From NCBI GenBank assembly GCA_951406725.2, contig OX597820.1, positions 94,922,001 to 94,986,000 of the forward strand: 64,000 bases of DNA, given 5' to 3'. Below the pieces are notes generated by a model. It made no database searches. It was not told the origin of the DNA and saw only the letters and a list, made by a program, of their open reading frames with translations. A program made the position numbers and the translations under genes. This document shows, piece by piece, positions 27,451 through 39,104 of this stretch; within the stretch, counting starts at the first letter, position 1, and each line of letters opens with the position of its first letter. Origin of the DNA: Octopus vulgaris (lineage: Eukaryota).

Positions 27451-28089
27451 TAATATACTAGAAAAAAACGCCAAAAATATCTTTGTCGATAACACTCCAG
27501 CAGCATGTTAAGCCAAAGAACAAACTACGAATGACTGATGTAATCTATAAATATGACTATAAAACCAACTGACGTAAATTCGGGACTAGTTCTTATTTTG
27601 GAATACTTACAATTCCCTACAAAAATAGATTACCTCTCGAAGTCATACTCATATCCCTATACAATACCAAGATCAACACACAAAAACACACACGTCAAAA
27701 GATAACACGTGTATGCTGGTATGACTTAACGGCTAAAGATTTCACTGTAACAAACAAACACGTGACTATTGACCAATGAAACTAACGGTTAAGAAAAGCT
27801 TTGGCGAACAAGTCAACATGAATTCAACCAGTATATAAGAAACAACACAGACACAAAATACATTCAATTCATGAAAATGTAACTGCTAAAATTTGGAAAC
27901 GTCGAATTTAAATTAAACTTTGTAACAAATTAACAAATAAAAAAAGCTAATGGGAAAACACGAAAAAAAAACTTAAATAAAAATACATATTAACTACAGA
28001 GTTGACGTGCAACTGATATTTTTAAGCGATTTGTTCAGGGTGCAGATGATTTTGTGGTGTTACTGATGATAAATTAAAATCTCATGTGT

Positions 28090-29015
28090 AGAGAGCGCAC
28101 TTGAAAGTATGTGATCGTGAGTGGCTGGCGCTAGGAAGCATCTAACTAAAAGATTGTGAAGTTCTTATCTCTTTTGGAGGAGTAGAGACTTGGTGCGAGA
28201 CATACTTTGTAACACCATATGTTGAAATCTATGACATCATAGAGTAAGCGCACTTAAAAGTATGTGATCGTGAGTGGCTGGTGCTAGGAAGCTTCTAACT
28301 AAAAGATTGTGATGTTTTTATCTCTTTTGGAGGAGTAGAGACTTGGTGCGAGACATACTTTGTAACACCATATGTTGAAATCTATGACATCATAGAGTAA
28401 GCGCACTTAAAAGTATGTGATCGTGAGTGGCTGGTGCTAGGAAGCTTCTAACTAAAAGATTGTGATGTTTTTATCTCTTTTGGAGGAGTAGAGACTTGGT
28501 GCGAGACATACTTTGTAACACCATATGTTGAAATCTATGACATCATAGAGTAAGCGCACTTAAAAGTATGTGATCGTGAGTGGCTGGTGCTAGGAAGCTT
28601 CTAACTAAAAGATTGTGATGTTTTTATCTCTTTTGGAGGAGTAGAGACTTGGTGCGAGACATACTTTGTAACACCATATGTTGAAATCTATGACATCATA
28701 GAGTAAGCGCACTTAAAAGTATGTGATCGTGAGTGGCTGGTGCTAGGAAGCTTCTAACTAAAAGATTGTGATGTTTTTATCTCTTTTGGAGGAGTAGAGA
28801 CTTGGTGCGAGACATACTTTGTAACACCATATGTTGAAATCTATGACATCATAGAGTAAGCGCACTTGAAAGTATGTGATCGTGAGTGGCTGGTGCTAGG
28901 AAGCTTCTAACTAAAAGATTGTGAAGCAAGTTCTTTTCTCTTTTGGAGGAGTGGAGATTTGGTGCGAGACATACTTTGTAACACCATATGTTGAAATCTA
29001 TGACATCATAGAGTA
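28090..29015. repeat. 153-bp tandem array, 6 copies
   Basis: agagtaagcgcactt.. recurs at 28241, 28394, 28547, 28700 and 28853. Inner copies are near-identical and the first and last are diverged. Confidence 0.95.
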
Positions 29016-30400
29016 GGAATTGAAAATTGCAAAGGAGTGGACGTTTTACTCTTCGTGTTTGTGTGAACCAAATAACTGTTAGTATGTAACTCTAGTATCA
29101 ATCGAGATAAACAGTCTGGTGAACTACAATACATGATCGTATTATGAGGGTGGAGTAATTTAATTTCACTTTTGGATAGGCAAGTACGTGATATTTGTGA
29201 TATTTGTTCCAGCTTTCAGCATACTAATGAAGTACTGGGTTCGTTTTTCCCCCCACCCTCACCTCTCTCTCTCTCGGAAACGGCTACATAGTGCAGTGGG
29301 AAGGGTTGTGAGGGATGGTCGCTCACGGCGTCTCATTCGCCAGAAAGGAAGAAAAGTTAAGCGAAGCTGTTTTAATTTCGTTTGAATTGCATCAATAATA
29401 GCTTAAGAAAGGCATATTTCTTGCCGTTTCTCTATAACTAACTTTAGTTGGCTGTATTAGACGAATAATTATTATTACTGTTATAGAACACTGCATACTG
29501 ATGGAATGGCAAAACCATTTGCGCCGGTCAAATGTGTTGCGGTTTTTTTGTTTTTTTTTTCATGTTCTGTGTTCCAAATCTACCTCGGTTAATTTTGCCT
29601 TTCATCCATTCTGGGTCGATAAAGTAAACAGTAAAGTACAAGACGATGGTAAAGATTAACCCCTTTCTCTGAATAACGCTGGCCATGTACCTAAATTAGG
29701 AATCTAATTATAGAGCATCGTAAAATTTTCTTTTTAATGGTAAATGGGAGAAAAGAGAAATAGTGTCATGACTCTTTCTAGTGGAAAGAAGAGACCTGAT
29801 CTAAATACTTGCAGCAGAATGGACTCCGCTAAAAAAAACCAAAACCATGTGGTGGTGATAAACCGCGCGTTAGAATAATTCTAGCATCCAAAAATAGTAA
29901 CTGCTCCTCCGATTATCAAAATTCATTCCAGTTTCTGTCCCCGCGAAACTCGGATAGAAGACAACTGTCCTTGGTGCTATGTTGTGGGATGGAACTTGTA
30001 GTTCTGTAGCTGTTTAACGTTATGTAGTTGCTTCATGAACTTCCTAGTCCCGCAACCATGCAGCACACAGATTAGAGACACTGGGGTCGATATAATCGAC
30101 TTAATCCGTTTGTCTGTCCTTGTTTGTCCTCTCTGTGTTTAGACCCATGTGGGTAGTAAAGAAATATATAATACTGTTTGAAAGAATAGAGAGTGAAAGT
30201 TGGTGAAAGCTGAGTTGAGACAACAGGAGACTGTCTGTACATATCAAACTTTTATTTTAGACGAAGGTCATATAAGCTAAAATGTAGTGGCTTTTGTTTC
30301 ATATTTATAGCTAACATGGAACTCTCCGTAGGTATATCTATATATATATGTATAGGTACACAGGCGCACGCATAAATACATACATATAATATGCATGTGT

Positions 30401-30448
<48 letters not shown>

Positions 30449-30811
30449 CATATTAACATGCAAGTGTTCAAAATGTCTTCCTGCACTTCGCGACTCAGCA
30501 CGTATACATGCATACAAAATACCCTGTTGTTGATGTTAAAATTCCAATGAAGGAGCCTTGGATCTAGGTTAGAAACAGGCTCTTTCTCTATTGGCAAGAA
30601 ATCTTGAAATAAAACTGAATAATGACATACATTTAAGTCCAGACTATTTCAAGGTCATTCTTTAAGAGCAGTTATAACAATCCTAGATTATTGTGATCTT
30701 ATAAGCTGACCTGCCAACTTTTCTGACTTCCACGGGGCCATATCCATAACTCGTCGCCCTTGACTTCCTATACTGGCCTTGAGAAAAGTATGAGTATAAT
30801 ACTGTTTGAAA

Positions 30812-31043
30812 AGGCGGCGAGCTGGCAGAAACGTTAGCACGCCGGGCGAAATGCGTAGCCGTATTTCGTCTGCCGTTACGTTCTGAGTTCAAATTCCGCC
30901 GAGGTCGACCTTGCCTTTCATCCTTTCGGGGTCGATAAATTAAGTACCAGTTACACACTGGAGTAGATATAATCGACTTAATCCGTTTGTCTGTCCTTGT
31001 TTGTCCTCTCTGTATTTAGACCCATGTGGGTAGTAAAGAAATA
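30812..31043 (+). mobile_element. tRNA-derived SINE family 1, full length with a 17-bp TSD
   Basis: A-box TGGCAGAAACG, B-box GAGTTCAAATTCC and central GCCTTTCATCCTTTCGGGGTCGATAAA (MetaSINE-like domain). TSD tataatactgtttgaaa at 30795-30811 and 31044-31060. Confidence 0.9.
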
Positions 31044-31909
31044 TATAATACTGTTTGAAAGAATAGAGAGTGAAAGTTGGTGAAAGCTGAGTTGAGACAA
31101 CAGGAGACTGTCTGTACATATCAAACTTTTTATTTTAGACGAAGGTCATATAAGCTAAAATGTAGTGGCTTTTGTTTCATATTTATAGCTAACATGGAAC
31201 TCTCCGTAGGTATATTATATATATATATATATAGGTACACAGGCGCACGCATAAATACATACATATAATATGCATGTGTGTATTTACATACATACATATG
31301 AGCATGTCTAGATATGCAAGTATATGCATGAGAAGTCATACATACAGCAAAACATACAACTCAGCACGTATACATGCATACAAAGTACCCTGTTGTTGAT
31401 GTTAAAATTCCAATGAAGGAGCCTTGGATCTAGGTTAGAAACAGGCTCTTTTTTCTATTGGCAAGAAATCTTGAAATAAAACTGAATAATGACATACATA
31501 GGAGGTGCACTCCAGGCGTTTTGAAACTTTTTAGAAAAAGCAGTTATAACAATCCTAGATTATTGTGATCTTATAAGCTTACCTGCCAACTTTTCTGACT
31601 TCCACGGGGGCCTTCGTGAAAGGGCTGGAGCGCAACCACAAGGACATTAACGTCAGAGGTCCTACTCTGAAGGAGATAAGAGTTTTGGACTCCTTTGAAA
31701 TCAATAAATGTCTCTCCTGAAAAAGTTCGGAACTTTATGGGATGCACAGGCGTGACTTTGTGGTAAGAAGCTTGCTTTCCAACTACAAGGTTCCGGCTTC
31801 AGTCTCACTGCGAGGCACCTTGGACAAGTGTGTTATATAATATCACGCAACCAAAGCCTTGTTAGTGGATTTGGTTGATGGAAACTGAAAGAAGCCTATC
31901 ATATATACA

Positions 31910-31943
<34 letters not shown>

Positions 31944-32209
31944 TAGTGTGTGTGCGTGCGTATGTATGTATACATACATCTATGTGTGTGTGTCTTTGTG
32001 TAAGTGTTTGTTCACCACCGCTTTAAGGACAATTGTGGATACGTAGCCGCCGATTATATATGTAAACAGTAAAAAATAAATACAGACATGGACAAGAACA
32101 TGAAACACCAAAGAGACGATCGATTTGTTCGGTTAAAAACCTTCAAGGTGGTGCCCCAGCATGGCCGTATTCAAATGAATGAAAAAATTAAAAGATTAGA
32201 AAGTTAAAA

Positions 32210-32285
<76 letters not shown>

Positions 32286-32387
32286 TCACGGACACACACA
32301 TATATAATCACGCTATATATTTATGTATATGTATGAATGCACACATAGAGACATGTATATACATGTTTATGCGTGTGTGTGTGTGTG

Positions 32388-32441
<54 letters not shown>

Positions 32442-32878
32442 TGTGTGTTTGACATGACACTGAAAAGAAAACGTGTGATGAATAAATAGGCTAGAAGACA
32501 GTAAGTTGATTGCTCACATATTCACTCAGCTATGATAATGCGTACGTGAGATGTTTCTTGTGGGGGAGTGGTGAAGTGGATCATAAAATATATCTTGAAA
32601 GGACAATAACTGGGAACACCAAAACGTCACTTGATATATAATTTACATTTTATTCTGTTCTTTCTATTGCTATTGTTTTTGTTAATGGTGGGTGTATTAG
32701 GGGTTTTATTTTATTGGTTTCCTTTTCTCCTCTAAAGAACAAGCGACAAGAGTTGACGCCATGATCCAACTTCCTCTTCTCCCTCAATTTTCACTCACAC
32801 TGCATTGTATATATTCAGGCTAGGCATTGGGCTCACATCATGCATATATACGTTTGTATATGTATGTATGTATGTACG

Positions 32879-32962
<84 letters not shown>

Positions 32963-33412
32963 GGAGAGAGGAAGAGGAGATAGAAGGTAAATCCCGTTGC
33001 TAACACTGGAGACACGAAGGCTATAACGGATCGCTTCTCTTGAACATGCACTTTTTTCCGATGCTCATCAGTCTGAAGAAGACTCGGAACATTGGAAATA
33101 GTAGCGCGCGCCCTTAACCACTACGCCATATGCCCGTGTGCATATAGCGTAGTGGTTAAGAGTGGGAATGTGGATGATGGTGTGTGGTGTGTATGCTCAG
33201 TTAAATACTGTGTGTGGCTGCTCATGGATTGGGAAGGTGTTTGTGGGAGTATGTAATAGTGTGTGAAAAGAATAATGAGTTGAACAGTGCGTATGGTTGT
33301 TTGTATAATGGTGTGTGTGTGGTGAGGTTACCTAGGTAGCTGGTATACAGGTGTGTAAGTGGAGGGGGCAGTTGGATGAGGGAAGTGTGTGAGAATCAGT
33401 GTGGTGTTGATG

Positions 33413-33734
33413 TTAGATGAAGAGAGGTTGTGAGATGAGCCCATATGGCGCAAAAGAAAGAAGCGGGAAGATTAATTCCTGTTCACGGTGAAAGTGGCAG
33501 TCTAATTGCCCCCTGTGCAGAGACAGTCCAAACACAGATAGATGTTGTAACGAATGACCGGTGGAGCTGAAGCGTGTTATTGTGGAGCGTGTTATTGCCG
33601 AGTCTGATGTCTTGGAGGTGCTCAGCGAACCGGTCAGCCAAGCGATGTCCCGTTTGACCAATGTACAGGGAAGGACACACAGAGCAGGAGATGCAGTAAA
33701 TAACATTACTAGAGGTGTAAGTAAAGGAGTCGGT

Positions 33735-33735
<1 letters not shown>
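33413..33735 (-). mobile_element. Penelope-like GIY-YIG endonuclease fragment
   Basis: Minus strand reads SSNVIYCISCSVCPSLYIGQTGHRLADRFAEHLQDIR. Confidence 0.85.
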
Positions 33736-33787
<52 letters not shown>

Positions 33788-35695
33788 TTTTATATGTTTC
33801 AGCCCTAAGTCTATGGCCATACTGGAAGACAAATTAAAATAATGTTCATTACATATAATTCCTTTATTATAGCAAATTTGGATTATTTTATTCTGATTTC
33901 AATATTTTGGTTTTAATACTATTGGTATTTATATTATTGATATTGATGTTGTTGATGCTGAGACTGTCACTTTCATCATAATTCTTTTGGTATAGCACAT
34001 TACTCTGCAAGTTTAATCTAATCCTCTAAAATTTCCCCCCACTATACTAGATTAAAAACTGAAAACTAATTTTAGACTCACCAATGTCCATGAAAAGCTC
34101 ATATTAAATTTCAACAAAAGAATATTTGAACTATATACACTGCCAATATGGTAATGTTGCTGACCTATGTTTGTGACTATCTCTCTCCCAAATTTGGCAA
34201 TACAATACTCTTACTACTACAACTACTAATAATAATATTACTCGTACTACTGTTGCTATTCCTACTAAGTACCACTCCCTCAATTGCTACCATCACCCCA
34301 TTGTAACCTGCCTTTGCCTTTTCTATTTAAACATTCCAATCTTTCTCCACTTTCCCCATACAATAGCCATTCTTCGAGTGCTCTGTTTGTAATTTCCAGC
34401 AATGACTGTCGAAGGTATCATTAATTTTCTTACGTCTTTCAATTTACTTCAATTGATCTATAGATCAATTGAGTAAACTTATCCATAATGACAACTGGAA
34501 ACAGCTGTAAGCTAAATTCGCTATAATAAAGGAATTATATGAAACGAGCATTATTTTAACTTTTCTCTTATATATCACTGACGCCTTTATTAAACTGTCT
34601 CCTTTATTTTATAATCGAGAATTATACTGAAACACACGCTCACGCACATACATATATATGTGTGTGTGTGCTAGATAAATTGCAAGATATGAAGATATGA
34701 AGATTCAAAATAGCATGACTAAATATATATATGTATGTATACGTATGCGTGTGTGTGCATGTGTGTTAGTTTGACTATATATGCTTATTTATGTATGCAC
34801 GTGTGTTTTTTTATGTTGTCCTCGTGTTAAATGCCAGAGGTTATTAGATAAGAAAACAAGGTTATTTAAATTGGCGGGTATTTTCGTCATTGATAAAGGA
34901 TGAAATGCTTTGTCATGAATTTATAAGCTGAATGCATAAGGTACATTAAGCATCAGAGCATTGAGGTGAGAACAGGCGACACATCGAAAGAGAACTGCCA
35001 TATCTTTAAGAAACAGAGCCTCACTCAAAACGTTGCTCACCTCTGATACCTCAGATGTAATTAGTAACACATTTTGGAACTTATTCATTACAGCACATAA
35101 AACACCGTCTTATTTTCCTAGAGGTAAGTTAGTATAGTTTTTACGTGATTTACTGTCTTAAAGGATACAAATATACTTTTCAGTTTTAAGGGTTTGTGGC
35201 ATAAATCATATTATATAACAAATCTCTATACCAAAATCGCCAGATGCTTTTAAATTTCCTCTGTGTGTAACTGCGTGTTTCTTTGACCAATTATATGTAT
35301 TTTGATTTTTCCGTTCAATCTATAAACCAACTGTGACTTTCATGTCTTTTTTTTTTTTTTTGGCATGTTGCATCAAGGATTTAGTTTTCTAGTGATTTAT
35401 TTAAAAGACCGGTATGAAATTTGAATATTTGACTGTTCTTTCTAGCTGGTGGGGTGACTGAGTATAGGCTCATTTTTACCCGGGCTTCATGGCATCACTA
35501 TCTTCCATTTTAAGTTCGTTTAAAATATATTAAAATATGGTGAGTTCTGTAATCTACTTTGTTGTTGGACCATCATTGATGATTTCGTCTTCACCATATC
35601 TGAGGAAAATTAGTGCGGCAAAGTTCATCTCTCAGGAGAAATTGAATTATTGATGTTACTGACTGAATCACTCTCTGTAGGCAACATGCACACGC

Positions 35696-35755
<60 letters not shown>

Positions 35756-36639
35756 ATACACACACACTGATACACGCAGCCTAGCTGAATTCAATGAAGT
35801 AAACTAAGAAAACATGGATCGATTTCGCAGTGTCGCCGCTACTTATAGCAGTGAGTTGTTCTTATTCTGTGGTGTCTATTTGCAGCAAGATGAAATGGGC
35901 CGTATATAAGCAGCGTATTCAAAGCAATTCTTATGGATGGTAGAATGCGACCTGCCTACCTTTCACTCAGCTATTTCCATTCTTACAATGTCATTCTGTT
36001 CCTTGAAAGAAACAACATATTCTATTTAACGAACACTGCTGCGTAAGGGATAAATATTTTTAATCAGTTAAATCTGAAAGAAAAGACAATAACCTACGGC
36101 CTTCATATTCTCTCCAAGACCGCTGAGACTGATATCGTTGATACTCTACTTCGAAAAGTAGAATATTAATCAAATCAGGAAAAGCGTGTGCAGACGGAAT
36201 TTGCGGAGTTGAGATTCTGGGAAGGAAAGATTACGCGTAGTGGTTGGTGCAGAGTGTGAGGGTGTTAGACACAACTAAGAGGATGAGAAGCAGATAAACT
36301 AGTGAGTCAGAGCAAATGAATAGAGGTGGCTAACTCGGAGTAGAGGCCATATTTGCGATAACGACTCGGTTTTGATCCTCCAGTGAGATTAGTTAACTTC
36401 AGTTTGAACTATTACTCTTTGGAAGGACATGGACGTCAGGAATACTACATTTTCTTTTTGTCAGTAAAACATCAACCCGTCTGTAATTAGTCCAAAACAA
36501 AAGTACCTATTTTAACTTTTATCAATTTTAATCAACATTTTATCGACTAAATTCCGAGATATAGTTCTTTTGACCGTTCCAGGACTTCTTTCCACTTGTT
36601 TTAAAGCTTGCCCTGTCTGCCAGGCATTAGAGAAAGGCT

Positions 36640-36870
36640 TAAAAGAAGTGGAAAGAAGTCCTGGAATAACCTCACAAATTTCCATCGTTACACACTCCGA
36701 CGCCTAGCTAATAACGATTCTAGTGTTATTAAAATGGTGGATAAGGGAGGCGCTATTGTAATTATGGACACAAGTGGGTATATTTCGGTGTGTGAAGAAG
36801 TTTTAAGTGACAAAACTTCATATGAAGAATTTCTAGCAGATCGGCTAACTGGTAGAGGTCCTTCGTTAAA
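36640..36870 (+). mobile_element. Penelope-like RT N-terminal fragment
   Basis: NNLT......LRRLANNDSSVIKMVDKGGAIVIMD...Y.......LSD...YE carries the DKG motif of PLE RTs. Confidence 0.75.
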
Positions 36871-37120
36871 ATGATGCATGAGGCAGTAGAGCCTTAAAGT
36901 AGAAAATAGTCGAAAAAGACGCCGTAATTTGTTGAATTCATCAGTTTCTTGCTACTATTCCTGCCGTGGTTGACTTTTTCTTTCATCCATCGAAATATGA
37001 TACAATAAGAACCAGTAATATACTCGGATTAATTTAAACAATTACTGTTTTCTAATGAACGTATTCACAGAGCTAATCTATATGCCCTGCTACATAAGTT
37101 CAGCTTTGCTTCTTTAACTG

Positions 37121-37318
<198 letters not shown>

Positions 37319-37858
37319 TTGGTAGTGGTGGTTATCCCCAAGACAGCTCTAATCTGAGGCAATCCAACGGTGATCATCTTGTCTTTTTTTGTACATCTAG
37401 AACTTTATCGTTCAGTATTTTTAAGATGGTCTAATGTGATTTGCTGGCTGTTACTTCTGGCATAAAATCTGAACCTGTAAATACTCTCACACTAGATCCA
37501 CTTTCCCTGAAGCTGCTTGTTAATGTGTTTGGTATAGATATGACCATTTAATGGGAATATATCCACTGAAATCTTGATTGATGCAATCCAACGGGTGCAC
37601 TGGTATGTTACATATTTTATGTGTAAATGGTTCCATTGGTATCTTCAATAAACCTATGACAATATCCAAATTCTTATTACCTATCGTCTGTAACATATTC
37701 TGGCATACGGCATTTAACAGTATATAACTGCAAAGAGGTTATATTAGATACATCAACGCAGTCCCCAATATCTTTTTTTAACGGACAATTCAAGGGATCC
37801 TTGAAGAGATCCTTTTCATAGTATATGAGAGAACTTTTAAGATATTCAACATCTAAAA

Positions 37859-38130
37859 CAGTGGTTCCCAAAGTTGGCAGTACTGCCCCCCCCCAACCCT
37901 GGTGTGGTGGAAAGATCGGGGGGGAGGTTGAAGAAAATGGGGTGATAATGGGGTGACCAAAACGGGGCAGTAAATGTGGAAAAACAAAACAAAGAATTAA
38001 TTAGGTTAAGTTTTATTTATGAAATACTGTTTTGAATTTGCTGCAGAAAATGGTCTGTGTCTGTAATGGTAAAAGGGTGCACTAGGAATGTGGCCTTAGA
38101 ACCAAGCCTGAAAAAGTTTGGGAACCACTG
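37859..38130. mobile_element. hAT (Charlie-like) MITE
   Basis: 14-bp TIR CAGTGGTTCCCAAA and an 8-bp TSD atctaaaa/ttctaaaa (37851-58, 38131-38). Confidence 0.85.
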
Positions 38131-39104
38131 TTCTAAAAGACATATTTCGGAATCAAATTCTAAATTGCTGAAGTCTTGGAGGGGTTTTCTTACTGTCAAT
38201 ATTTACAAAAATTCTTTCTAATAGAATAATAACTAATAAAGTTTCTATAAAATATCTTTTGATATTTGAAATCTTTGGGAAAATATTTATGCAACATCGT
38301 TAAACTAACTTGTGAAATGTTTTATAAACGAAGTCTAATTTTTTTTTTACTTTATTATTCAAGATAACTGGAGATTGGGTGAAATTTATGTTAATATGTT
38401 GTAACATTTTACTTGGTTTTTGTAATAATATATAACATATTGAAACATAACATTTTATACGAGAATAAAAAACTAAAATTATAGAACATAGAAAATCTTT
38501 CTCGTCGTTCAAGCAGCTTAATATTCAGTCGAAAAATCAGGAATCGGGGAAATTCCATCAAGGTCGACTATGCCGTTTATTCTTTCGGGGTCGATAAAAT
38601 AAGTACTAGTTGATGATTGGGGTCGATGTAATTGACTTACCCCCTCTCCCGAAATTACTGTATTTGTACTAAAATGTGAAGCAATATTAGGAATCAGCAA
38701 TGAGATTCAGTTTTTTTCTCTTTTTATTTTATTTTATAGCCAATAAAAAAAAAATTACAGTAATCACAAGAAAACTTTCGGAAATAAATACCAACGATGG
38801 CATCAAGGAAAACTAATCTTCAGCGATCGGCTGCTGCAGCGGAAACAAATGGAATGAAAACTATTGATTCGGGCTTGGATATCGGCAGGTCTGTCAAGTT
38901 TTATTATTATTACTGAGTAAGAGAGCAGTGTATGTCATCAAAGTGACACTGGGGTAAAATATACGAAGTCTTGTATATCCATCATGACTACACTTCTGAT
39001 AAGAGTACACTAGCTTATGCATCACAACCATATGTGCACAAGTCTCCCTCCCCCAAATATTCAAGCCTTGTGTCTACAGTAGAAAGAATTATTAATATCA
39101 TTAT

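Larger units (their letters stand above)
24235..27990 (+). mobile_element. Degenerate Penelope-like element interrupted by the Chapaev insertion
   Basis: 24240-24559 reads ..QALINNGYSNRLADRVIEEY.. (PLE L..NGYP-like region). The sequence resumes at 27454, with CCAAT/TATA-like motifs at 27770-27840 and a decayed hammerhead at 27866-27908. Confidence 0.55.

Noticed and set aside
28090-29015. Regular repeats suggesting a CRISPR array or repeat-protein exon
   Set aside because: Whole units repeat with no unique spacers, the context is eukaryotic, and there is no long ORF.
30812-30900. tRNA-like A and B boxes
   Set aside because: These are SINE heads with a body, tail and TSD; no complete cloverleaf.
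35886-35939. Possible ABCC start exon (AG|CAAGATGAAATGG..GGATG|GT)
   Set aside because: Joining it to 52927 creates TGA in frame, the donor is weak and there is no ABCC similarity.
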